Below the pieces are notes generated by a model. That model was given only the letters and a program-made list of their open reading frames with translations, was not told where the DNA came from and did no database searches. From Basidiobolus meristosporus CBS 931.73 (taxonomy: Eukaryota; Fungi; Basidiobolomycota), in contig MCFE01000007.1 of NCBI GenBank assembly GCA_002104905.1, forward strand, positions 62,001 to 126,000: a stretch of 64,000 nucleotides of DNA. The letters run 5' to 3'. Made by a program: the position numbers and the translations under genes. Within the stretch, counting starts at the first letter, position 1. The number at the start of each line of letters is the position of its first letter. Of this stretch, positions 54,523 to 64,000 are shown piece after piece.

Positions 54523-57500
54523 TGTTGAAATATTGGACTATTTGGTATCATTCAGCAGCTAAAAAATTTACTTAACAATTCTAGGCTAGTCTTAGTCACT
54601 ATAGGACTCATTTACAGCCTTAACTTACCGCTAGTGGGTCTATACAACTAAATATGAGTGATAACTCAGGGGCAACAACAGCAAAACTGACTGACGTACT
54701 CTATGTACCTGGAATAGCTAAGAACCTACTCTCAGTCAGTAAAGCAACTACTCAGGGACTGAAATTTGTTTTTATTAAGCTGAGCTGCTCAATATTGAGT
54801 GAAAATGGACAAAAATTAGCTTTGGGAATCAGAGATCACAATATATAAAAGTTACAATGCAAGATCATTGTACCTGAGTATGTCAACATTGCTGAAACTG
54901 ATGAAACCAACTGGGAGACGTGGCATAGGAGGCTAGGACACATAGGGGAACAGAAAATGAGCCAATTGGTGAAAAATCAGCTTGTTTTGGGCCTAAAATA
55001 CTCAATTCCGATCAAATTGAATGTTTGTAAGGGATGTTCATATGGCAAACAAGCTAGGCAACGTTTCAAGAGCTCAGAAGGCATCAATACCACCGAAATA
55101 TTGGCTATTGTACACTCAGACATATGTGGCCCCATGAGAACACTGTCCTTTGGAGCCAAGAGATACTTTATGACATTTATTGATGACAAGACAAGATATA
55201 CATGGGTGTACTTCCTCAAAACAAAGGATGAAGCTTTAGAGACGTTTAAGCACTTCAAGAACATGGCAGAAACACAAACTGGGTGTAAATTGAAGGTACT
55301 ACGAAGTGACAATGGAGGAGAATACTGCTCAAAGGAGTTTGCAAAATACTGCTTGTCTACTGGTATACTTCAACAGACCACAGTTCCTCATACTCCACAG
55401 CAAAATGGAGTAGCAGAATGTGCAAATAGAACAATAGTAGAGATGGGAAGATCTATGCTACATGATAAGGGAATGGACTACAAGTTTTGGGCTGAATCTG
55501 TTGCTACTGCTGTATACATCAAGAACAGATGCCCAACAACAGCACTACGTGATTCTACACCCTTTGAAGCATTTACAGGCAAAAAACCAGATCTCCAGTA
55601 CCTGAGGATCTTTGGCAGTGATGTTTTTTGTCACATCCCTGACAAAAAACGCTCAAAGTTGGAACCAAAGAGTAGAAAAGGGATCTTTCTTGGGTATTGT
55701 GAAGATACCAAAGGGTATAGAGTGTATGATGGCAAAATTCAGAAGCTGATCAAGAGCAGGGATGTTGCATTTGAGGAGAATTCAGATCCAAAAGCCACAG
55801 AAATCATTGGCCAGCTGCCTGATGATGCAATCAACACAAATGAAGAAGATACGTACCAAATCCAGCCAGAGATGGAAGATACTTCTATCAGTTCCAGTTC
55901 AGAACAGATTATCCCAGTTAGGAGATCTACCAGAATAAGAAATGCCCCTGGATCCTGGTGGCAGACATCCAATGATCATGAAGAAGCTTATCTTGCCTTA
56001 TGTGCCGAACCTCAGAATCTGGAACAGGCAATGCAAGGTCCAGATGCTACTAAGTGGCAACAAGCCATGCAGGAGGAGTACCAATCACTGATCAAGGCAA
56101 AAACGTGGGAACTGGTAGATTTACCAAATGGGAGAAAGCCAATAGGATGTAGATGGGTCTACAAGATCAAGATAACCTCAAATGGTGCCGTTGATAAGTA
56201 CAACGCTAGATTGGTAGCTAAGGGCTATTCCCAGATCCAGGGACTAGACTTTAAGGAAACATTTGCTCCAGTTGCCAAGTTTAACTCTATTAGGACAGTT
56301 CTAGCCCTGGCAGCTGTACATAGTCTAGATCTACACCAAATGGACGTCAAAACAGCCTTTCTAAATGGGAATTTGCAAGAAACTATATATATGGAGCAGC
56401 CAGAAGGTTTTACCGATCCAAAAAGCCCCCATAAGGTGTGCAAACTTAGAAAATCATTGTATGGGCTTAAGCAGGCACCCAGAGCATGGTATAACAAGAT
56501 TGACACATATCTAGAGGAAATTGGGTTCTCTCGTAGCACTGCAGATCACAGTATATATGTGAAACAGCTCAAAAAGGGTGTGATCATCCTAGTTCTTTAT
56601 GTGGACAACCTAATTATAGCTACAAGTGATCAAGAGGCACTTAAACAGACAAAATCAGATCTCTTCAGCAAGTTTGAGATGAAAGATCTTGGAAAATTGA
56701 GCTATTTTCTTGGAATTGAGGTCAAATTTGACATACCTACGCAGAAAATTGTGCTGAATCAGTCTAAGTACATCAGGGACATTCTGAGACGCTTCAAAAT
56801 GGAAAATTGCAAGCCTGCAGCAACCCCCATGGACAATAACTTGAAATTAAGCAAATCTCAGCCAGTTATAGATGAAAACGGCTCAAATATGGACCAAAAC
56901 TTTCCCTATCAATCAATGGTTGGTAGCCTAATGTACTTGATGGTGTCTACACGTCCAGATATTGCAGTAGCAGTTGAAATAGTCAGTCAATTCATGCAGA
57001 ATTATGGATCAGATCAAATTGCAGCAGTTAAGCGGATTTTCAGATATCTACAAGGTACCATAAATATGGTACTGGAATACTCTGGAGCAGCTAACAGGCA
57101 AAAATTTGATGGTTATAGTGATTCAGATTGGGGTAGAGATCTGATTGACAGACGCTCTACCACAGGCTATGTATTTCTTTATGCTGGTGCAGCTATTACT
57201 TGGAATTGCAAGAAACAACCAACTGTGGCACTATCTACAACTGAAGCCAAATATATGGCTGCATGTCAAGCAACTAAGGAGACTATATGGCTACGAAAAT
57301 CATTCAAAGACTTAGGTTTTAATTCAGGTGAACCAACATGTATTTACAAGGATAATCAAAGTTGTATTTCATTAGCTAGAAATCCTACTAATCATGCCAG
57401 AACCAAGCACATTGATATACAGCATCACTTTGTGAGGGAAGCTGTAGAAAGTAACTTAGTAGAGCTGGTTTACTGCCCAACTGACAAAATGGTGGCAGAC

Positions 57501-57954
57501 ATATTGACAAAACCACTAGCTGGGCCACAGTTTGAGATCCTTAGAGAGAAATTGGGATTAAGAAATTATTTAGTTGAGGGGGAGTGTTGAAATATTGGAC
57601 TATTTGGTATCATTCAGCAGCTAAAAAATTTACTTAACAATTCTAGGCTAGTCTTAGTCACTGTAGGACTCATTTACGGCCTTAACTTTGCCACTTTCTC
57701 CATATACATGATCTTATGATTATTCCCCTATAGTCAGGATCAAATTAGCACTATTACCAAACATTATGTACTAACCCTGAAACTGTTACAGAATGCTCCT
57801 GAATATTGAGAAACCCTCCCTACTTAGTGTTGCAGCTGTATTACTTCTACAAAGGTATAAATACTGAGCTTCTTTATGAATAAACAACAGTTCAACTATT
57901 ATCACTATTTCTTGATAAGTTCCTTATATCCAAATCACTTCTTAAATTGCAACA
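54523..57954 (+). mobile_element. Ty1/copia family B, 5'-deleted, young insertion
   Basis: TGTTG...CAACA ends; TSD GCTTT at 54518-54522 and 57955-57959; full 3' LTR 57585-57954 after PPT GAGGGGGAG; only the first 103 bp of the 5' LTR remain (2 differences), fused to the protease end. Confidence 0.95.
54957..57590 (+). CDS. Copia pol ORF, 877 aa open (integrase-RT-RNase H), probably non-functional
   Basis: VHSDICGPM, LRSDNGGEY, PQQNGVAE, ETFAPVA, LHQMDVKTAFLNG, LYGLKQAPRAW, YVDN (for YVDD), GYSDSDW, RTKHIDIQHHF, MVADILTKPL. Confidence 0.92.
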   Translation: MSQLVKNQLVLGLKYSIPIKLNVCKGCSYGKQARQRFKSSEGINTTEILAIVHSDICGPMRTLSFGAKRYFMTFIDDKTRYTWVYFLKTKDEALETFKHFKNMAETQTGCKLKVLRSDNGGEYCSKEFAKYCLSTGILQQTTVPHTPQQNGVAECANRTIVEMGRSMLHDKGMDYKFWAESVATAVYIKNRCPTTALRDSTPFEAFTGKKPDLQYLRIFGSDVFCHIPDKKRSKLEPKSRKGIFLGYCEDTKGYRVYDGKIQKLIKSRDVAFEENSDPKATEIIGQLPDDAINTNEEDTYQIQPEMEDTSISSSSEQIIPVRRSTRIRNAPGSWWQTSNDHEEAYLALCAEPQNLEQAMQGPDATKWQQAMQEEYQSLIKAKTWELVDLPNGRKPIGCRWVYKIKITSNGAVDKYNARLVAKGYSQIQGLDFKETFAPVAKFNSIRTVLALAAVHSLDLHQMDVKTAFLNGNLQETIYMEQPEGFTDPKSPHKVCKLRKSLYGLKQAPRAWYNKIDTYLEEIGFSRSTADHSIYVKQLKKGVIILVLYVDNLIIATSDQEALKQTKSDLFSKFEMKDLGKLSYFLGIEVKFDIPTQKIVLNQSKYIRDILRRFKMENCKPAATPMDNNLKLSKSQPVIDENGSNMDQNFPYQSMVGSLMYLMVSTRPDIAVAVEIVSQFMQNYGSDQIAAVKRIFRYLQGTINMVLEYSGAANRQKFDGYSDSDWGRDLIDRRSTTGYVFLYAGAAITWNCKKQPTVALSTTEAKYMAACQATKETIWLRKSFKDLGFNSGEPTCIYKDNQSCISLARNPTNHARTKHIDIQHHFVREAVESNLVELVYCPTDKMVADILTKPLAGPQFEILREKLGLRNYLVEGEC

Positions 57955-58628
57955 GCTTTATCCCATGAGCTTTGCAGTGGTGGAGGAAGAGTTTTGAAGT
58001 ATATGCTCCTCCATTATCAGAGTGTGTTTTCTTGATTTTTTCACCAGTTTCTCTCCCCATCATAGCTTTAAGCTCACTGACTTGCACAAAGCTTCTTCCT
58101 TTCTTTCCATTAAGTAGAGCCACATGTATCTAGCATAATTATTCCTAAAAGTGACTAAATACCTCATATGGCTTAAGGAGAAATTTGCATGGAACCACAC
58201 AGATCTGAGTTAATTAGATCTAATTTTTTATCAATTTGATTAGTTCAGAGCTTGTAAATAGTTGTCTGGCTTGTTTCCCATATATGCAGGCTTCACAGTG
58301 TTCCAAATTAGCTGGGGGATCAATTTGTACTCCACAAAATAGTTGATCTTTGATCATTTTTAGCAAATAATCTATATTGATGTGCCCAATTCTGCTACGC
58401 TAAAGCATTGGTGCTTTTCAATTAAGTTACTCATACTGGCTTCAAGATACAATGAAATATAAGTCTACTTGCATAGATTCTGATCTCAGATGCTCAAACC
58501 AATAGGAGCCCAATTTTGATTAAGGATCCTGCATCATGAACTGTCAAAACTGAAACTGAATCCTTTTGCAGTAGCCTTGTTTACAGATAGTAGGTTTTCA
58601 GCTATTTCTGGTACATAAAGTACTTCTT

Positions 58629-61600
58629 TGTTTTGTGAAAACTTATAATTCAACCTGAATGTGCACCTAACGTAATCACATAGATCTTTACCTTCAAATT
58701 CTAAAAAATACTGACCAGATTCCTTGTTGAGATTTATTTGGAATATCTTCACCAGAATGTCAGGTAACCAGTGCTTGAGAATTCTCAAAGTTATCCAAAC
58801 AGCCCCTAACCTTGCACACATGCTCTTTGGCCCTTCCCAGACCAATTTACTTTTTTTTATGCAAACATCAGGTAATAGTATCAATACTACTTTTATATTC
58901 TAAAGGTCTTTAACTGAAAGCCATATAATCTACTTGTTCGTCAAGTCACTTCCAATATCTTCAAGACTCCAATAACAGGTTATGAGTCCCAAGCTGCCAC
59001 TCTCTGCGATGTCCCCTACTGCAAATACTGTATTATTCCTTCTGTTGAAGGTTGGATGGATCTAACTGCCAAATATGGAAGATGAAGATGATGATACTGC
59101 AACAAAAAATAGGCCTTTGGGATATTGTCATGGGATAAGAGTACCCCCCCTAAGAATGTGGCAGAGGAGGCCTCAAAGTACCAGAAGAAAGAATTAATTG
59201 CCTTCAACTGCATTTGCCTAAATATCAAAGACAAATTGCTCAATTCAATGCTCAAGTGCAAAAGCCACAAAGAATGCCTGGAAGACATAAGAAGATACAT
59301 ACCAGTCATGCCCAGGTACTAAGAAAATATATCCTAGAAAGAAAGTCTGAACAACAAAGATGCTGCCAGGAGAAGAAGTGAAATATCTAATTACCACAAT
59401 TACCCTGCTGGTGGATGAGAAGTGATATGTGGATCTACCAACTACTGCTGAGGATGTGATAGTTGTCTTCCCAAATAGCCTGACAGACAAGCTTCACGGT
59501 TTTGTATCAGCCCTAGAGTCCATAACTGAAGACTTAACCATAAAATACGTATATTGAAAGCTCTTGGATGAAGAATTAAGAAAATCAAGCGCCAATTAGA
59601 AGGAAGAAGAAAATGCTTTAATAAGCATTGATAACCAACAAAGGAGGTACTCAGTACTGTCTAAAGGCAGCGGCAACCTGTCTTACAACTATTGCAAAAG
59701 GCAAGGACTGACAATACCCAGGTGCCTCAAAAGAGATATAACCAGCAAATAAAACCTGAATATGGATATGCTACAACAGCAGAAGATAGACTATTCCTAT
59801 CTGCTCTGAATATAGCTACAAATAATCATTGTCAGAATTGATGCAATGCCTCTAGAGCATTTCAACATTTCTATATACCCATAAAAACTTTACGCAATAT
59901 TAAGTAATACCAATTACAAAGGTTTTCCTTAATGACAATAGAGCACTTGATACAGTGGGTGAAGGAACAATTCAAGTACACCTTAGAAGCATTGAAGGAG
60001 GCCATGGTCTTGCCTCCTAGGAAGAACTCTATGGACCAGAAATAACCAAGAACCTACTATCTATAGGCAAGGCCACTGCCAAAGGACTTAGTTTCAGCAT
60101 TAACATTTCTAGATGCAGGATCTCTGATCAAAATGGGACCCATGTTGCTTTTGGTATCGGAGATTAGAGGCTATACAAGCTGGCTTATATTCCATCATAT
60201 CTGGAAGCCAATAAAAGTTATTGAAATGAAGAAACACCAATGCTTTGGCACCGCAGATTTGAACAAATGTATTTTAATTATTTGTGCAAACTAATCAAAG
60301 ATCAGCTAATTTCTAGAGTACAAACTGAATCCCCAGCTAACTTGGAGCACTGTAAAGCCTGTATACAATGGAAATAAGTTAAAATTGCTTAAGAACTCAG
60401 GGTTATTCAAACTAAGAAAAAATTGGATCTAATCCACTCAGATCTGTGTGGACCTATGCAAGATTTATCCCCAGGTGGGAAGGGGTATTTAATCACTTTT
60501 ATTGATGATTATTCAAGTTACATGTGGGTTTGCTTCATGAAGGGAAAGGAAGAAGCTCTGTCTAAGCCCAAGGAGTTTAAAGCCATGATGGAGAGAGAAA
60601 CTGGTGAAAAAATCTAGAAAATACACTCTGACAACAGTAGAAAATATACCACTAAACACCTCATCTACTTCTGCAAAGTTCATGACATAAAGCAAGAGAT
60701 TACTGTATCATACCCCCAACAGCACAATGGAGTGGTAGAGCATATATACATCTCAATGATTGCTATGGCAAGATCAATGATCCATGATCAAATATTATCC
60801 TATAATTATTGGGCAGAATCAGCTGCCACAACTGCATACCTTAAAAATGGTAGTTATAACAGAATGCTTTGTGATTCAGCTCCATTTCAAGCATGGTGTG
60901 GATACATACCAAGTATGGAACATCTTAGAGTATGTGGGTGCACAGCATTTGCCAAGAAATGAGCCAGAAATCTGTCAAAGCTTGAGCCAAAAGGTGTAAA
61001 ATGCAAATTCTTGGGCTATTGCTCTGAGAGAAAGGCAAACAGACTCTACAATACCAAAGTAAAGAATCTGAGCAAGTTCTGGGAGGTGTTGTCTGATGAA
61101 AATTCAAAATACTTACAAGAAGTGGTAGCCAATGATGAAAAAAACTTTGATCCCAGGTCCGCCAACAGTAGGGACAAATTAGAGCAAAACAATAAAAGTT
61201 TTTTTCACTCCAGAGCACTCTACAACCATGGTACATTGAGAACCAGAGCCCAGGAATTTCTCAGAACTGATCATTTCATTATCAAATGCTAGGAGATCCA
61301 ACTAGACAAGAAATAGCCCAAATTACTATATCAACGAGGGTACAAACTTAGCCTATGCCTATTTAATCCATATTGATGAGCCCCAGACTATTAAAGTGGC
61401 CCTTAATAGCCTGTAGACAAAGCTTTAGAGATCTGCAATGACTGAGGAATATCAGGACTTGATGGGAAATCAAACTTGGCACAGTCAAATACCAGTGAAC
61501 CACAAATCAGCTGTATGCAGACAAGTCTTCCAGACAAAATACTAGGCTGATGGTGCAAATGAAAGATACAAAGTACGACATGTGGCCAAAGGATACTCTC

Positions 61601-61650
61601 AAATAAAGGAACTTGAGTATACAGTGGCATTTGCACTGGTAGCCAAGCGT
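58629..61650 (+). mobile_element. Degenerate copia family A: 5' LTR-PBS-gag-PR-IN-RT start, 3'-truncated
   Basis: LTR ~58629-58977, PBS GGTTATGAGTCCC (58978-58990), DLIHSDLCGPM, FIDDYSS, KGYSQI. Confidence 0.87.
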
Positions 61651-62338
61651 AATTGCTTCTCTACCAACTTACGCACTTTCTGATCCTATACACTCAATCA
61701 CCTCCAATGTTTGCGTGCATTAATTGGCTATTCCCTCTTTTTCTCACTCCTCACTTGCTGACTCAACTGTTGCTCCTACTTTTCATGCGTACAAATTGCT
61801 TTATTTCTGTTGAAACTACAATTGTACCTAATTTACCAATTATATTCACCAATACAAGCCCCTATACCCTACACTAACATTGAGCCTAACCCCTCACTCA
61901 ACACATTACACCACTAAAATCAATTACTCAATATGTATTTCTACAGTAATGCTCTGGTTCTGGACAAATTGCCTTTTTCTGCAAACTCATCTACCTACTG
62001 GAGTGTAGCTCAACTGGCTGCACTTCCAACTCTTGTGAAAACAGCTGTTTTCATGTTGGTAATTTTTCTTTGCAATGATGGGATCCAGTATGATTTGGGC
62101 ATGCGGTGCTAATTGGCAAGAACTGCAGTTTTTTTTGCATGGCTCCCTGTCTCAGGCTTGGGTAGACATTTTTCTCTATATCTTGTCCTTTGTCACTGCA
62201 GGGTCTTTCACTGCTACTTTATCTAATTGCTTCTTGTAGTGAGCTTTGTCTTTGCATTGATAAATTCTGCTCTGAAACATCTTTTTTGGTCCACTTGTCC
62301 CTGGCTGGCACTCTGCTGCCAATCTGCTGCTGTAGTGG
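61650..62338 (-). mobile_element. CACTA-associated ORF2 fragment (copy 4)
   Basis: Inverted homologue of 51530-52530. Confidence 0.6.
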
Positions 62339-64000
62339 TATTACAAGTCTTGGTATAAGAGTTGTAGAGGAATAGGGAGTTTAGCTAGTATTGTATTCAC
62401 TAAAACTTGAACTGATTTTTATTGAGGTTCCAGCAGCTCCTTATATACATTTTGTCAGATCAATTGCTGACTAATTGTATTTCCTAATGTAGGTTGTGGC
62501 TGATTACTCATTTGATTGCACCATCCTCACCCAATAAGATCCTACTTAATATATCTATTTCTGTCTGATAAGGATCTGCTGATTCATTTGCTGACTAATG
62601 CTACTGATTTTATAGATAATACTGATATAGTGATAACCTAAACATATACTAATTGATTTGACTAAAAACTGATCTAACTTAAACATTCAAGCGGCAGATC
62701 ATAACATTCTCCCCTACTAAAGTTGAGAGGGTTCTCCTGAATCTCTTTTCTTGTGATACCAATATCTTGATGGTTCAGTATTATCAGCAAGTCTTGCAAG
62801 CTTGAGTCTGTCCCTATGCACTAAGTCTTCCCTGATATTGCCTTGTTTGTCCACTATTTGGTAAGTTGCAAATGGACATTCTCTGATGATCCTGAATGGT
62901 CCCGTCCATTGTGGCTCAAACTTCTTCCAAGTGTTGTTTCTTAGCAATACAAAGTTCCCTACTGTCAATGCTTCTGGTGCTATAGTCTTATCAAATCTCT
63001 GCTTCATCTTTTCTGCACTTGGAGATACTTTGGCTTGTGCCTCTTGATGTCTTTGTTTGAGTTGCTGGTGTCTGCTTGGCTGACTGAGTTTATCTTCTAC
63101 GGTATCTGTAAGCTTTTATTGTGTGAGATCTCCTGGAATCCTTGGTTCACACCCATACACTAGGTAAAATGGTGATTGCTGGGTGGTGTTGTGTACTCTG
63201 ACTCTGCATGCAAAGAGTGCTTGGTCTATATACTCATCCCATCTACTGACGACTCCATTTGCATACTTGGTCAGCATTTTTCCAAATAATCCATTAAACC
63301 GCTCAGTGACTCCATTAGTTCTGGGGTGATATGCCCAGGTTTTCAAGTGTCTGATCTGCTGCATTTCCAGGTAAGTCTCTAATGTCTTTGCCATAAAGTT
63401 TGCACCTCTATTGGATAAGATCTCCAAAGGGTATACAAACTGCATCAGGATCTCATGGTAAATGAAACTTGCAACTTCTTGTTCACTGGCTATAGGTACA
63501 GCTTTAGCAACTGGCCATTTAGTGGCATGGTCAATTGCTACTAGGATCCAACAGTTGCATTTCCTGGCAGTTGGCAGTCTTCCAATAAAGTCAATTCCCC
63601 ATCTCTCAGATGGTCTTACAGGCTCCAAAGGGAAGAGTTTGGCAATTCTTTGTTGCTGGCCTTGATTGATTTGGCAGTTTGGGCATGTTTTCACTAGCTT
63701 CTCAATATCTTGTTTCATTCTGGGCCACCATGCTCTGGCTTTCACAGGCAATAGGTTCCTTCAATTCCAAGATGTCCATATCCATTGTGTAGCTTATGTA
63801 TTAAATCCAGGCAAGCAACATAAGGACAATAGGCAATAGGGCTTCCATCAACAATTTGGTAGAGTGTTTCATCCTGTACAACAAATTTGCTGGCTTCATC
63901 CTGGATTATCTTCTTGATATCTTCATCCACCTCATTAGGAATGGCTTGGTCCTCCAAGTACTTTGGTAATAGGCTAGGCCAATCTGATTCATGCACCAAG
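62339..64000 (-). mobile_element. Second Ty3/gypsy copy: integrase, PPT and 3' LTR (62339-62706); runs off the window edge
   Basis: Highly similar inverted copy of 49840-51494; the terminal AACA is mutated to AATA. Confidence 0.95.

Larger units (their letters stand above)
52560..58628 (-). mobile_element. Degenerate copia family A (antisense), split by the family-B insertion
   Basis: PR end YVPEIAENLLSV (~58620), IN HSDNGG...HCKAHGIK|QEATVPY rejoined across the GCTTT TSD, RT LGELSYY.GIKF, RH GYCDSDW. Confidence 0.85.

Noticed and set aside
38398-58977. All three nested copia insertions are antisense to their hosts
   Set aside because: With n=3 this is easily explained by chance.

Overview
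Eukaryotic, intron-rich fungal DNA; gene content and ~50-70 nt introns suggest an early-diverging fungus (inference, species not determinable). Three zones. (1) 1-4.9 kb: a heavily decayed type I polyketide-synthase relic (KS end-AT-DH, possibly start of a C-methyltransferase) on the + strand, followed by a nest of copia LTR remnants. (2) 4.9-37.1 kb: a compact CpG-rich gene island: DAHP synthase, RPD3-type HDAC, HIS3, MAD1, a PHD protein, an Rrn9-like ORF, PEX26, an ANKRD16-like ankyrin protein, a secreted aspartic protease, PFK-2/FBPase-2 lacking the RHG motif, CHS7, a 2OG-Fe(II) dioxygenase and several unassigned multi-exon ORFs. (3) 37.2-64 kb: a strongly CpG-depleted transposon graveyard with two Ty1/copia families, a Ty3/gypsy family and a CACTA/EnSpm-like DNA transposon carrying an unknown divergent second ORF. 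Best leads: the PKS relic, repeat-restricted CpG decay that hit catalytic residues, gypsy insertions clustered in one short segment of the CACTA ORF2, and two retroelement families priming on the same initiator tRNA in different ways. No CRISPR, rRNA or tRNA gene is supported. All alignments, identities and counts were done by eye; exon boundaries are manual predictions.
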